DNA of 64,000 bases from a phage. The translations under genes and the position numbers were made by a program. Location: sequence record OZ335961.1; one strand, written 5' to 3'. Position 1 is the first letter of the stretch. The number at the start of each line of letters is the position of its first letter. This document shows, piece after piece, positions 49,065 to 61,037 of this stretch. The notes below the pieces were generated by a model. The model ran no database searches. It was not told the origin of the DNA and saw only the letters and a program-made list of their open reading frames with translations.

Positions 49065-49322
49065 TTATTTTAAATCTTCTAATCGTTTCTTCATCTTAGA
49101 ACCGTTCTTAGCGATTTCGCCTGCATCAGAGCATAATGCTAAAAGAGCTTTAACTTTAGTTTGGTCTCCTTTAAAAGATGAAGGATCGACTGCAGCAGCA
49201 AGTTCTTTAATACGAGAGAAAAGACGCTCAGCTTCAGCTAAAGCCATTCCAAGCTTTACTTCCATACCGTGGGAAGATTCAGTAATAGTAGTTTTTGTAG
49301 CAAACTCTTTGAAAGTTTTCAT
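49065..49322 (-). CDS. Internal-protein-like protein (second ipI-locus member)
   Basis: 85 aa; capsid-targeting sequence MKTFKEFATK; near-identical upstream leader to the neighbouring IP gene. Confidence 0.65.
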   Translation of the reverse strand: MKTFKEFATKTTITESSHGMEVKLGMALAEAERLFSRIKELAAAVDPSSFKGDQTKVKALLALCSDAGEIAKNGSKMKKRLEDLK

Positions 49323-49348
49323 TTTATTTTCCTAATTAATTTTGATGA

Positions 49349-49383
49349 GATAATAGTATCACTACCTCATCAGCATGTAAACA
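49349..49383 (-). promoter_or_regulatory. T4-type early promoter
   Basis: GTTTACA then 17 nt then TGATACTAT. Confidence 0.55.
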
Positions 49384-49394
49384 ACTTTGTGAAA

Positions 49395-50091
<697 letters not shown>

Positions 50092-50092
<1 letters not shown>

Positions 50093-50817
50093 TATAGTAC
50101 CTTTAGTGTATTTTTAATTTTAGAAAAAAGTTCTTCAAGAGAACCGTCGTTTGTAATTACTAAATCGCCATCATGAATTGGCAATCCAGCTTCTGTAATA
50201 TGAGTATCATTGGATTTTTGACCAGGACGAACTACATGAATTACTGTAGCACCCATCGCCCTAGCCGCATCCATTTCATGATCTTGACGAGTATCAGGAA
50301 CGATATAATAATCATAGCCTGAGTTAAATTTATCAAGATAATCTAAAGCAAATAATTTTACCCAATACATGCGGTCGAAGTTATTAACAATCAAATCCGT
50401 ACCTAGGGCTTGCATCAGACGACGGACTGACCATTGATCTTCAATATTATTTATAACATCAGCAATCTTGTTAAATGCTACGAAAGTAACTGATTCTTTT
50501 CCTTCGTCATCAAAAACAAACACGCCTTTAATTGGGCTTTTACTATTAAGATAGCAAAATGCTTGTTCCATAATCGTAATTACTTCTAATTTAGTCAAAT
50601 TTAAATTAGTCTCACGATCATAGTCAATTCCTTCAAACTCTTTACGAGTTAAGCAAGGATAGTCAGTGTTTGCTGCAAACACGCCCCATGCATAAGCCAA
50701 TGCATCTTTAATAGGACCGGCAAGTTGATATTTAGCTGCAGAATAATTATTCATGATAAAATCTGCAGTAGTATCTTTTCCACTACGCTTTACACCACTT
50801 AAAAAGATTAGTTTCAT
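50092..50817 (-). CDS. 1: Deoxynucleoside monophosphate kinase gp1
   Basis: 241 aa, P-loop GVKRSGKDT. Confidence 0.93.
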
Positions 50818-50866
50818 ATGTTTCTCCTCAAATTTAGTTAAGATTATAACACATGAAACTGAAGCA

Positions 50867-51397
50867 TTAAACTTCTGCTATAATTTTGCCATCTTTTTCT
50901 ACTTGAAAATACGTATAAGGAATCGTTGCTGTGCATACTAAAGCTGGGTCTGAATCTTCCGTGTAGCTAAATTCTACTTCAGACAGGTCTGAAACCCAAG
51001 GCTTATAAAAATTTATTGACATCACAATTTCAGTTTTACTATTATCTAAAATGTAAAGCGTAATGTATTCAGGACCTGTTTTTTGGGCAGTATTTTCACC
51101 TGTAAGATAGTTACTAGTTCCTAGCATCCATTCATACATTCCTATCCACGACTTAAGCTCTTCATCAACTATAAATCTCACGATGAGTGGATCGTACTCA
51201 AATGTAACTCCTGGACGTTGTGCTCGGCCTAGTCCAAACGGCCCAGTCACGGTATCAGTAACAGGTATTCTAATTCCCGGAATAGGAACTGACTGAGCAT
51301 TTAAAGTAAAAGCAGATGTAGTATTACTATGCGGTATTGATACTACAAAGTTAGTTGTATTTGCTTGGTTAAAAATTTGTTGCAGAGCTTGTGACAT
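50867..51397 (-). CDS. 3: Tail sheath stabilizer/tail completion gp3
   Basis: ATG 51397 (MSQALQQIF...) with GAGGAA SD gives 176 aa; ORF-track start 51478 is upstream. Confidence 0.88.
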   Translation of the reverse strand: MSQALQQIFNQANTTNFVVSIPHSNTTSAFTLNAQSVPIPGIRIPVTDTVTGPFGLGRAQRPGVTFEYDPLIVRFIVDEELKSWIGMYEWMLGTSNYLTGENTAQKTGPEYITLYILDNSKTEIVMSINFYKPWVSDLSEVEFSYTEDSDPALVCTATIPYTYFQVEKDGKIIAEV

Positions 51398-51503
51398 ATA
51401 TTCCTCATAATGCTTTATAAATGTTGGTGGTATAATGGGTCTAAGTCCCTTCCATTCAATTCCAATTAGAACAAACAATAGAAAAGAATGGAAGATAATA
51501 GAA

Positions 51504-52328
51504 TTAGATATTTGACCAGACTTTGTTTGCAGAGAAACGTTTTCCTTTTGAAACGAACTGCTGAAGTGGCATTAACACAACGTTCGCCCAGTCTTTCGGG
51601 GCGATTTCAACAAGGCTACCCATAATATTACCAGGTATATATGCCTTAATCATTTGGTCTGCACCCCTAAATCCTTTCACTTGACTCCAATCAATTTTTA
51701 ATTTCGTTTTATTAGTAATAGTAGGTGTATTTGAATATTGCTTTAAAAGCTCTTCTAGAAATTGCTGACGAGCTTTAGGCGGAATATAGTGCAAGTTCAA
51801 TCCGTACATTAAATTGTGTTTACCTAAACCAAGGTAAATTATCAAAGGAAATTTATCCCAGTAAGGAAGAGTTTCCTTGTGTTTAGCATCATAAGCAAAA
51901 GCATATATTCGTCCCGGCTGCGGGCGAACAACTTTATGTCCTTTTACTTGCTTAATAGTTTCAGCAAACCACTTTCTGGTTTTATTATTAATTGCTGCGC
52001 CTTCATTACGAATTTTATCACGCAATGTTTGCCTGAATGAATTTATCATAAGCAGTTGTCTTTCTTGCTTATTGAGTTTATTCATTGGTTTTGATTCAAG
52101 CTTTTGAATCTTTTCAGCTGTTTTAATTCCTGAAGCATATTTTGACATTGCTGAAGTAAACGTAGAGTATTTGATTCCTCTTTCTTCGGCAAATTGCTTT
52201 CCTGTCATTCCTTTTGCTTTGGCCTTTTTGTATTCAAGACCTATCTGAATCCATTTCTTTTCGTTTAATGATTGCTTAACCTTTGGAACTTGGGGAGTGC
52301 TTTCATTAATTATTTGAAAAATAGCCAT
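51504..52328 (-). CDS. 2: DNA end protector gp2
   Basis: 274 aa, basic, gene order 3-2-4. Confidence 0.9.
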   Translation of the reverse strand: MAIFQIINESTPQVPKVKQSLNEKKWIQIGLEYKKAKAKGMTGKQFAEERGIKYSTFTSAMSKYASGIKTAEKIQKLESKPMNKLNKQERQLLMINSFRQTLRDKIRNEGAAINNKTRKWFAETIKQVKGHKVVRPQPGRIYAFAYDAKHKETLPYWDKFPLIIYLGLGKHNLMYGLNLHYIPPKARQQFLEELLKQYSNTPTITNKTKLKIDWSQVKGFRGADQMIKAYIPGNIMGSLVEIAPKDWANVVLMPLQQFVSKGKRFSANKVWSNI

Positions 52329-52780
52329 TATGCCCCCTTAAAGCCAAGAGCTCGTAATCCATCTTCTGTTAAAATTCTAAATTTTATTCCACGCTTTTCA
52401 GCTAAAGATTGCGCTGCTTTCCATTTGTCAGTATTAACGGAATATGTATAAATTTCATTCATAAATCTTTTCTTCGCTGCAGTTGTTAGATGTGCCGGTT
52501 TAACTGGTGGTTGTGTTTCTTTTTTAGGTTTTATTTCAATAAAAAATTCTTGTCCAGAAGAATCTTTCATCCAAATATCCATGAAGTATCTACGTTTTTT
52601 CCCTTCTGCATTACAAAAATAAGGAATTACTGCTGTTTCACTACCCCATGCAATAATTTCTGGATTTTTATCTAACCATTCAAAAAAGAATTTTTCCCAA
52701 TTTGATCTATACGTAATTTTTTTAGGGTCACCTCTATATTTTGATATATTTTTAGGAACCCATTTTCCAGAATATGCCAT
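52328..52780 (-). CDS. 4: Head completion protein gp4
   Basis: 150 aa, gene order. Confidence 0.9.
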   Translation of the reverse strand: MAYSGKWVPKNISKYRGDPKKITYRSNWEKFFFEWLDKNPEIIAWGSETAVIPYFCNAEGKKRRYFMDIWMKDSSGQEFFIEIKPKKETQPPVKPAHLTTAAKKRFMNEIYTYSVNTDKWKAAQSLAEKRGIKFRILTEDGLRALGFKGA

Positions 52781-52791
52781 TGGATTCTCCT

Positions 52792-52799
52792 TATAAATA
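52792..52799 (+). promoter_or_regulatory. Late promoter TATAAATA for gene 53
   Basis: TATAAATA about 28 nt upstream of the gene 53 ATG; SD AGGAGG. Confidence 0.6.
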
Positions 52800-52806
52800 G
52801 ATAATA

Positions 52807-52814
52807 TATTTATA
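52807..52814 (-). promoter_or_regulatory. Late promoter TATAAATA (minus strand) for gene 4, divergent from the gene 53 promoter
   Basis: Plus-strand TATTTATA is the reverse complement of TATAAATA, upstream of the gene 4 start. Confidence 0.5.
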
Positions 52815-52827
52815 AACAGGAGGGCCC

Positions 52828-53418
52828 ATGCTCTTTACATTTTTTGATCCGATTGAATATGCGGCCAAAACGGTGAATAAAAACGCGCCGACTATTCCTA
52901 TGACAGATATTTTTAGAAACTATAAAGACTATTTCAAACGTGCTCTTGCAGGATACCGCTTACGCACTTATTATATTAAAGGTTCACCACGTCCGGAAGA
53001 ATTAGCAAATGCTATATATGGAAATCCGCAGTTGTATTGGGTTTTATTGATGTGTAATGATAATTATGATCCGTATTATGGATGGATTACTTCGCAAGAA
53101 GCTGCTTATCAAGCATCTATACAAAAATACAAAAACGTAGGTGGAGACCAAATAGTATATCATGTGAACGAGAACGGTGAAAAATTTTATAATTTAATAT
53201 CATACGATGATAATCCATATGTTTGGTATGACAAAGGCGATAAAGCTAGAAAATATCCTCAATATGAAGGAGCACTTGCTGCGGTCGATACGTATGAAGC
53301 TGCTGTTCTTGAAAATGAAAAACTTCGTCAAATAAAAATAATAGCAAAATCAGACATCAATTCATTTATGAACGACCTTATACGTATAATGGAGAAATCT
53401 TATGGAAATGATAAGTAA
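52828..53418 (+). CDS. 53: Baseplate wedge protein gp53
   Basis: 196 aa, gene order before 5. Confidence 0.92.
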   Translation: MLFTFFDPIEYAAKTVNKNAPTIPMTDIFRNYKDYFKRALAGYRLRTYYIKGSPRPEELANAIYGNPQLYWVLLMCNDNYDPYYGWITSQEAAYQASIQKYKNVGGDQIVYHVNENGEKFYNLISYDDNPYVWYDKGDKARKYPQYEGALAAVDTYEAAVLENEKLRQIKIIAKSDINSFMNDLIRIMEKSYGNDK

Positions 53419-55129
53419 TAACCTTAATTGGTTTGTTGGTGTTGTTGAAGATAGAATGGACCCATTAAAATTAGGTCGTGTTCGTGTTCGTGTAGTTGGT
53501 CTGCATCCACCTCAAAGAGCGCAAGGCGACGTAATGGGTATTCCAACTGATAAATTACCATGGATGTCAGTTATTCAACCTATAACTTCTGCAGCAATGT
53601 CTGGAATTGGAGGCTCCGTTACTGGTCCAGTAGAAGGAACTAGAGTTTATGGTCATTTTTTAGACAAATGGAAAACTAACGGAATTGTTCTTGGCACATA
53701 TGGCGGAATAGTTCGCGAAAAACCTAATAGACTTGAAGGATTTTCTGACCCAACTGGACAGTATCCTAGACGTCTAGGAAATGATACTAACGTATTAAAC
53801 CAAGGCGGAGAAGTAGGATATGATTCGTCTTCTAACATTATCCAAGATAGCAATTTAGACACTGCGATAAATCCTGATGATAGACCACTATCAGAAATTC
53901 CAACTGATGATAATCCAAATATGTCAATGGCTGAAATGCTTCGCCGTGATGAAGGATTAAGACTAAAAGTTTATTGGGATACTGAAGGATATCCGACAAT
54001 TGGCATTGGTCATCTTATCATGAAGCAGCCAGTTCGTGATATGACTCAAATTAATAAAGTTTTATCAAAACAAGTTGGTCGTGAAATTACCGGAAATCCA
54101 GGTTCTATTACAATGGAAGAAGCGGTAACTTTATTTGAACGTGATTTAGCTGATATGCAACGTGACATTAAATCACATTCTAAAGTTGGCCCAGTTTGGC
54201 AAGCAGTTAATCGTTCTCGTCAAATGGCATTAGAAAATATGGCATTTCAGATGGGCGTTGGCGGTGTAGCTAAATTTAACACAATGTTAACAGCTATGTT
54301 AGCCGGAGATTGGGAAAAAGCATATAAAGCTGGTCGTGATTCATTGTGGTATCAACAAACAAAAGGCCGTGCATCTCGTGTTACCATGATTATTCTTACA
54401 GGGAATTTGGAATCATACGGTATTGAAGTGAAAACACCGGCTAGGTCTTTGTCTGCAATGGCTGCTGCTGTAGCAAAGTCTTCTGATCCAGCTGACCCTC
54501 CTATTCCGAATGATTCGAGAATTTTATTTAAAGAACCTGTTTCTTCATATAAAGGTGAATATCCGTATGTTCATACAATGGAAACTGAAAGCGGTCATAT
54601 TCAGGAATTTGATGATACCCCCGGGCAAGAACGATACAGATTAGTTCATCCGACTGGAACATATGAGGAAGTATCACCTTCAGGAAGAAGAACAAGAAAA
54701 ACTGTTGATAATTTGTATGATATAACAAATGCTGATGGTAATTTTTTGGTAGCTGGCGATAAAAAGACTAACGTCGGTGGGTCAGAAATTTATTACAACA
54801 TGGATAATCGTCTCCACCAAATAGATGGAAGCAATACAATATTTGTGCGTGGCGATGAAACCAAGACAGTTGAAGGTAATGGAACTATCCTAGTCAAAGG
54901 TAATGTTACTATTGTAGTTGAAGGTAATGCTGACATTACAGTTAAAGGAGATGCTACCACTTTAGTTGAAGGAAATCAGACTAATACAGTAAATGGAAAT
55001 CTTTCTTGGAAAGTTGCTGGGACAGTTGATTGGGACGTTGGTGGCGATTGGACAGAAAAAATGGCATCTATGAGTTCTATTTCATCTGGTCAATACACAA
55101 TTGATGGATCGAGGATTGACATTGGCTAA
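53402..55129 (+). CDS. 5: Baseplate hub / cell-puncturing protein gp5 with lysozyme domain
   Basis: 575 aa; OB-fold N-term, T4-lysozyme-like middle domain, beta-helix VxGxxxxx repeats. Confidence 0.97.
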   Translation: MEMISNNLNWFVGVVEDRMDPLKLGRVRVRVVGLHPPQRAQGDVMGIPTDKLPWMSVIQPITSAAMSGIGGSVTGPVEGTRVYGHFLDKWKTNGIVLGTYGGIVREKPNRLEGFSDPTGQYPRRLGNDTNVLNQGGEVGYDSSSNIIQDSNLDTAINPDDRPLSEIPTDDNPNMSMAEMLRRDEGLRLKVYWDTEGYPTIGIGHLIMKQPVRDMTQINKVLSKQVGREITGNPGSITMEEAVTLFERDLADMQRDIKSHSKVGPVWQAVNRSRQMALENMAFQMGVGGVAKFNTMLTAMLAGDWEKAYKAGRDSLWYQQTKGRASRVTMIILTGNLESYGIEVKTPARSLSAMAAAVAKSSDPADPPIPNDSRILFKEPVSSYKGEYPYVHTMETESGHIQEFDDTPGQERYRLVHPTGTYEEVSPSGRRTRKTVDNLYDITNADGNFLVAGDKKTNVGGSEIYYNMDNRLHQIDGSNTIFVRGDETKTVEGNGTILVKGNVTIVVEGNADITVKGDATTLVEGNQTNTVNGNLSWKVAGTVDWDVGGDWTEKMASMSSISSGQYTIDGSRIDIG

Positions 55130-55658
55130 TATACTTCCAATGAGCGCTGATTTAGGAGAATCCATGGAAGGTTCTTCTATCGACGTCACCTTTACCGCTC
55201 AATTAGAAACAGGTGAAACGTTAGTATCTATAAATATAACTAGTTACGAAGAAACTCCTGGGGTTTTAGTAGAAGAAAATCGTTTATATGGAACGTATGA
55301 ATCTGTGTTTGGATTTGGAAATGACGCACTAAAATATCGTTTAGATAATGAATTTAAAACTGCTGCTTCATGGGAAGACCTTCCAACTGATTCTAATACT
55401 CAGTTATATCTATGGAAAGCTCCTCAAAACCTCCAGAAGACATTCACTTACGAAGTAACATTAATATATGACTATCAAGAACAAAGTGAATCTGGAGGTT
55501 CTGGTAGTAATTCTAGGTCATCTTCTGATACTACTGAGCCAACGGATCCTCCTGCTCCAATAAGAAAAACTCTTGTTAAAAATTACACAAAAACTATAGT
55601 TGGAAATTGGAGTCGTTGGGCTAATAAATTAAGAAGCTACGTATATGAGAGGCAATAA
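55101..55658 (+). CDS. 5.1: gp5.1
   Basis: 185 aa ORF between 5 and 5.4. Confidence 0.7.
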   Translation: MMDRGLTLANILPMSADLGESMEGSSIDVTFTAQLETGETLVSINITSYEETPGVLVEENRLYGTYESVFGFGNDALKYRLDNEFKTAASWEDLPTDSNTQLYLWKAPQNLQKTFTYEVTLIYDYQEQSESGGSGSNSRSSSDTTEPTDPPAPIRKTLVKNYTKTIVGNWSRWANKLRSYVYERQ

Positions 55659-55951
55659 TGTCAGGATTAAGTTATGATAAGTGTGTTACTGCTGGTCATG
55701 AAGCGTGGCCTCCAACAGTTGTGAATGCTACACAAAGTAAAGTATTCACTGGAGGAATTGCTGTTCTCGTGGCAGGTGATCCAATTACAGAACATACAGA
55801 AATTAAAAAGCCATATGAAACACATGGCGGAGTGGCACAACCTAGAACTTCTAAGGTATATGTCACTGGAAAGAAAGCTGTTCAAATGGCTGATCCAATA
55901 TCATGCGGTGATACTGTGGCTCAGGCATCATCTAAAGTATTCATTAAATAG
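55658..55951 (+). CDS. 5.4: gp5.4 PAAR-repeat spike tip protein
   Basis: 97 aa, matches T4 gp5.4. Confidence 0.9.
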   Translation: MSGLSYDKCVTAGHEAWPPTVVNATQSKVFTGGIAVLVAGDPITEHTEIKKPYETHGGVAQPRTSKVYVTGKKAVQMADPISCGDTVAQASSKVFIK

Positions 55952-55959
55952 GATTTAAA

Positions 55960-57942
55960 ATGGCAAATACCCCTGTAAATTATCAATTAACAAGAACAGC
56001 AAATGCTATTCCCGAGATATTCGTCGGGGGTACATTTGCTGAAATAAAACAAAACCTCATTGAATGGCTTAATGGCCAAAATGAATTTTTGGATTATGAT
56101 TTTGAAGGCTCAAGATTAAACGTTCTGTGTGACCTTTTGGCTTATAATACATTGTACATTCAGCAGTTTGGTAATGCTGCCTTGTATGAAAGCTTTATGC
56201 GTACTGCTAATTTGCGTAGTTCAGTAGTTCAAGCTGCACAAGATAATGGATATTTACCTACTTCAAAATCAGCTGCTCAAACTGAAATTATGCTAACTTG
56301 CACAGACGCATTGAATAGAAATTACATTACTATTCCTCGCGGTACTCGCTTTTTAGCATATGCAAAAGATACTTCCGTTAATCCTTATAACTTTGTATCT
56401 ACCGAAGATGTTATTGCTATTCGCGATAAAAATAACCAATATTTTCCGCGTTTAAAATTAGCCCAAGGGCGTATAGTAAGAACTGAAATCATTTATGATA
56501 AATTAACACCTATTATCATTTATGACAAAAATATAGATAGAAACCAAGTTAAGCTGTATGTTGATGGAGCAGAATGGATTAACTGGACAAGAAAGTCAAT
56601 GGTTCATGCTGGTTCTACATCAACAATTTACTACATGCGTGAAACTATTGATGGAAATACTGAATTTTATTTTGGTGAAGGTGAGATTTCCGTTAATGCG
56701 GCAGAAGGAGCATTGACTGCTAATTATATTGGAGGTCTTAAACCTACCCAGAACTCTACGATTGTTATTGAGTACATCAGTACTAACGGTGCAGATGCGA
56801 ACGGCGCAGTCGGATTTTCATATGCAGATACATTAACAAATATAACTGTCATCAATATTAATGAAAATCCAAACGACGACCCAGATTTTGTTGGAGCAGA
56901 CGGCGGCGGTGACCCAGAAGATATTGAGCGTATTCGCGAATTGGGTACTATTAAACGCGAAACCCAACAACGCTGCGTAACTGCGACTGATTATGATACA
57001 TTCGTTTCAGAGAGATTTGGTTCTATTATTCAAGCAGTTCAAACTTTCACTGATTCTACAAAACCCGGTTATGCATTTATTGCTGCTAAACCTAAATCAG
57101 GTCTGTATTTAACTACTGTACAGCGTGAAGATATTAAAAATTATCTCAAAGACTATAATTTAGCTCCTATTACACCATCAATTATTTCTCCTAATTACCT
57201 TTTTATTAAGACTAATTTAAAAGTCACATATGCTTTAAATAAGCTGCAAGAATCTGAACAGTGGCTTGAAGGTCAAATAATTGATAAAATTGATCGTTAT
57301 TATACCGAAGACGTAGAAATTTTTAACTCATCTTTCGCTAAATCTAAGATGTTGACATATGTAGATGATGCAGATCATTCTATCATTGGCTCATCAGCGA
57401 CAATTCAAATTGTTCGTGAAGTACAAAACTTCTATAAAACGCCTGAAGCAGGTATTAAATACAATAATCAAATAAAAGATCGTTCTATGAAATCTAATAC
57501 ATTTTCATTTAATTCTGGACGAAAGGTTGTAAATCCTGATACTGGTTTAGAAGAAGATGTATTATATGACGTTCGTATAGTATCAACAGACCGAGATTCT
57601 AAAGGAATTGGTAAAGTTGTTATTGGTCCATTTGCTTCTGGCGATGTTACAGAAAATGAAAACATTCGGCCATATTCAGGCAACGATTTTAACAAATTAG
57701 CAAATTCTGATGGACGCGACAAATACTATGTTATCGGTGAAATAAATTATCCAGCTGATGTGATTTATTGGAATATCGCTAAAATTAATTTAACATCTGA
57801 AAAATTTGAAGTTCAGACTATTGAATTATATTCTGACCCAACCGATGATGTTATCTTTACTCGCGATGGTTCACTGATTGTATTTGAAAATGACTTACGT
57901 CCACAATACTTAACTATCGATTTGGAGCCTATATCACAATGA
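55960..57942 (+). CDS. 6: Baseplate wedge protein gp6
   Basis: 660 aa, gene order. Confidence 0.95.
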   Translation: MANTPVNYQLTRTANAIPEIFVGGTFAEIKQNLIEWLNGQNEFLDYDFEGSRLNVLCDLLAYNTLYIQQFGNAALYESFMRTANLRSSVVQAAQDNGYLPTSKSAAQTEIMLTCTDALNRNYITIPRGTRFLAYAKDTSVNPYNFVSTEDVIAIRDKNNQYFPRLKLAQGRIVRTEIIYDKLTPIIIYDKNIDRNQVKLYVDGAEWINWTRKSMVHAGSTSTIYYMRETIDGNTEFYFGEGEISVNAAEGALTANYIGGLKPTQNSTIVIEYISTNGADANGAVGFSYADTLTNITVININENPNDDPDFVGADGGGDPEDIERIRELGTIKRETQQRCVTATDYDTFVSERFGSIIQAVQTFTDSTKPGYAFIAAKPKSGLYLTTVQREDIKNYLKDYNLAPITPSIISPNYLFIKTNLKVTYALNKLQESEQWLEGQIIDKIDRYYTEDVEIFNSSFAKSKMLTYVDDADHSIIGSSATIQIVREVQNFYKTPEAGIKYNNQIKDRSMKSNTFSFNSGRKVVNPDTGLEEDVLYDVRIVSTDRDSKGIGKVVIGPFASGDVTENENIRPYSGNDFNKLANSDGRDKYYVIGEINYPADVIYWNIAKINLTSEKFEVQTIELYSDPTDDVIFTRDGSLIVFENDLRPQYLTIDLEPISQ

Positions 57943-60900
57943 CAGTAAAAGCACCTTCAGTCACTAGTCTCAGAATTTCCAAGTTATCCGCAAATCAGGT
58001 GCAAGTACGCTGGGATGACGTTGGTGCTAATTTCTACTATTTTGTAGAAATCGCTGAGACAAAAACAGACTCGGGGGAAAATCTCCCGAGTAATCAATAT
58101 AGATGGATTAACTTAGGATATACTGCAAATAACAGCTTCTTTTTTGACGATGCTGACCCATTGACATCATACATTATTAGAGTAGCTACAGCTGCACAAG
58201 ATTTTGAGCAGTCTGATTGGATTTATACCGAAGAGTTTGAAACTTTTGCTACAAATGCTTATACATTTCAAAACATGATTGAAATGCAATTAGCCAATAA
58301 ATTCATTCAGGAAAAATTTACTCTTAATAATTCTGACTATGTTAATTTTAATAATGACACTATAATGGCTGCATTGATGAATGAATCATTCCAATTCAGC
58401 CCATCATATGCTGATGTTTCATCAATAAGTAATTTTATTATTGGTGAAAATGAATATCATGAAATACAGGGTTCTATTCAGCAAGTATGTAAGGATATTA
58501 ACCGAGTTTATTTGATGGAATCAGAAGGGATTTTATATCTTTTTGAGCGTTATCAACCTGTAGTTAAAGTATCTAATGATAAAGGACAAACCTGGAAAGC
58601 TGTAAAGCTCTTCAATGACCGTGTAGGATATCCTTTATCTAAGACAGTATATTACCAATCTGCGAGCACAACATACGTTCTAGGATACGACAAGATTTTC
58701 TATGGCCGCAAATCTACTGATGTTAGATGGTCAGCTGATGATGTTAGATTTAGTTCACAGGATATAACATTTGCTAAACTTGGTTATCAACTTCATTTGG
58801 GATTTGATGTTGAAATCTTTGGTACTTATGCTACATTACCTGCAAACGTGTATCGTATAGCTGAAGCTATTACTTGCACCGATGATTACATTTACGTTGT
58901 CGCCAGAGACAAAGTTAGATACATAAAAACAAGCAATGCACCTATAGATTCTGACCCATTATCTCCAACATATTCGGAAAGGCTTTTTGAACCTGATACA
59001 ATGACTATAACTGGAAATCCTAAAGCAGTATGCTATAAAATGGATTCTATCGGTGATAAAGTTTTTGCTCTTATTATTGGTGAAGTTGAAACATTAAATG
59101 CTAATCCTAGAACATCAAAAATAATTGATTCTGCTGATAAAGGAATATATGTTTTAAATCATGGCACAAAAACGTGGAAAAGAGTTTTTGGCAATACTGA
59201 AGAAGAAAGAAGACGTATTCAACCCGGGTATGCGAATATGTCAACTGATGGTAAATTAGTTTCGCTATCTTCAAGTAATTTTAAATTTTTAAGTGATAAT
59301 ATTGTTAATGACCCTGAAACTGCAGCAAAATATCAGTTAATTGGTGCCGTTAAATATGAATTTCCTCGTGAATGGTTAGCTGATAAGCATTATCATATGA
59401 TGGCATTTATAGCAGATGAAAAATCTGATTGGGAAACTTTTACTCCTCAGCCAATGAAATATTATGCAGAACCATTCTTTAACTGGTCTAAAAAATCTAA
59501 CACACGGTGTTGGATAAACAACTCTGATAGAGCTGTAGTAGTTTATGCTGATTTAAAATACACTAAAGTTATTGAAAATTTTCCAGAAACATCTCCAGAC
59601 AGATTAGTTCATGAATACTGGGATGACGGTGATTGCACTATAGTAATGCCAAACGTTAAATTCACTGGATTTAAAAAATATGCGTCTGGGATGCTTTTTT
59701 ATAAATCCTCCGGTGAAATAATTTCTTATTATGATTTTAACTATCGAGTGAGAGACACGGTTGAAATAATTTGGAAGCCAACTGGAATATTTTTAAAAGC
59801 ATTTTTACAAAACCAAGAGCGTGAAACTCCTTGGTCACCAGAAGAAGAGCATGGATTAGCTGACCCTGATTTAAGACCATTAATTGGCACAATGATGCCT
59901 GATTCTTATTTACTACAAGATTCGAATTTTGAGGCATTTTGCGAAGCATATATTCAGTATCTTTCTGATGGATATGGAACTCAGTATAACAATTTACGAA
60001 ATTTAATTCGTAACAAATATCCACGAGAAGAGCATGCATGGGAATATTTGTGGTCAGAGATATATAAAAGAAACATTTATTTAAATGCTGACAAACGTGA
60101 TGCTGTTACAAGATTTTTCGAATCACGTAGCTATGATTTTTATTCTACTAAAGGAATTGAAGCATCATACAAATTTCTTTTTAAAGTTCTTTATAATGAA
60201 GAAGTTGAAATTGAAATTGAATCTGGGGCTGGTACTGAATATGATATAATCGTTCAATCTGATTCTTTGACCGAAGACTTAGTAGGACAAACGATTTATA
60301 CAGCTACAGGAAGATGTAATGTTACTTATATAGAAAGAAGCTATTCTAATGGTAAATTGCAATGGACCGTAACTATTCATAATCTTTTGGGAAGATTAAT
60401 TGCCGGTCAAGAAGTTAAAGCAGAAAGACTCCCTAGTTTCGAAGGCGAAATTATTCGCGGGGTTAAAGGAAAGGATTTGCTTCAAAATAATATAGACTAT
60501 ATTAATAGAAGTAGATCATATTATGTAATGAAAATTAAATCCAATTTACCTTCTTCCCGCTGGAAATCTGACGTTATTCGTTTTGTTCATCCAGTAGGAT
60601 TTGGATTTATAGCAATTACTCTTTTAACAATGTTTATTAATGTTGGTTTAACTCTTAAACATACAGAGACTATAATTAATAAATACAAAAACTACAAATG
60701 GGATTCTGGATTGCCTACTGAATATGCTGATAGAGTAGCTAAATTAACTCCAACTGGTGAAATTGAACATGATTCAGTAACAGGAGAAGCAATTTATGAA
60801 CCTGGCCCAATGGCTGGTGTAGAATATCCTCTTCCTGATGACTATAATGCTGAAAATAACAATTCAATATTTCAAGGTCAATTGCCGTCTGAACGACGCA

Positions 60901-61037
60901 AATTAATGAGTCCTTTATTTGATGCATCTGGAACAACATTTGCACAATTTAGAGATTTAGTTAATAAACGTCTAAAAGATAATATAGGAAATCCAAGAGA
61001 CCCTGAAAATCCAACACAGGTTAAAATAGATGAATGA
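57939..61037 (+). CDS. 7: Baseplate wedge protein gp7
   Basis: 1032 aa, gene order. Confidence 0.95.
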   Translation: MTVKAPSVTSLRISKLSANQVQVRWDDVGANFYYFVEIAETKTDSGENLPSNQYRWINLGYTANNSFFFDDADPLTSYIIRVATAAQDFEQSDWIYTEEFETFATNAYTFQNMIEMQLANKFIQEKFTLNNSDYVNFNNDTIMAALMNESFQFSPSYADVSSISNFIIGENEYHEIQGSIQQVCKDINRVYLMESEGILYLFERYQPVVKVSNDKGQTWKAVKLFNDRVGYPLSKTVYYQSASTTYVLGYDKIFYGRKSTDVRWSADDVRFSSQDITFAKLGYQLHLGFDVEIFGTYATLPANVYRIAEAITCTDDYIYVVARDKVRYIKTSNAPIDSDPLSPTYSERLFEPDTMTITGNPKAVCYKMDSIGDKVFALIIGEVETLNANPRTSKIIDSADKGIYVLNHGTKTWKRVFGNTEEERRRIQPGYANMSTDGKLVSLSSSNFKFLSDNIVNDPETAAKYQLIGAVKYEFPREWLADKHYHMMAFIADEKSDWETFTPQPMKYYAEPFFNWSKKSNTRCWINNSDRAVVVYADLKYTKVIENFPETSPDRLVHEYWDDGDCTIVMPNVKFTGFKKYASGMLFYKSSGEIISYYDFNYRVRDTVEIIWKPTGIFLKAFLQNQERETPWSPEEEHGLADPDLRPLIGTMMPDSYLLQDSNFEAFCEAYIQYLSDGYGTQYNNLRNLIRNKYPREEHAWEYLWSEIYKRNIYLNADKRDAVTRFFESRSYDFYSTKGIEASYKFLFKVLYNEEVEIEIESGAGTEYDIIVQSDSLTEDLVGQTIYTATGRCNVTYIERSYSNGKLQWTVTIHNLLGRLIAGQEVKAERLPSFEGEIIRGVKGKDLLQNNIDYINRSRSYYVMKIKSNLPSSRWKSDVIRFVHPVGFGFIAITLLTMFINVGLTLKHTETIINKYKNYKWDSGLPTEYADRVAKLTPTGEIEHDSVTGEAIYEPGPMAGVEYPLPDDYNAENNNSIFQGQLPSERRKLMSPLFDASGTTFAQFRDLVNKRLKDNIGNPRDPENPTQVKIDE

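Noticed and set aside
48640-49390. Three near-identical 60-bp repeats with unique spacers, superficially CRISPR-like
   Set aside because: The repeats are promoter and leader sequences (sigma70-type boxes, SD, ATG) in front of internal protein genes, and the spacers are coding sequences.
53653-53862. Minus-strand ORFs opposite genes 5 and 7 (53653-53862, 54528-54728, 59737-60039, 60739-60945)
   Set aside because: Antisense to long conserved structural genes; no translation signals.
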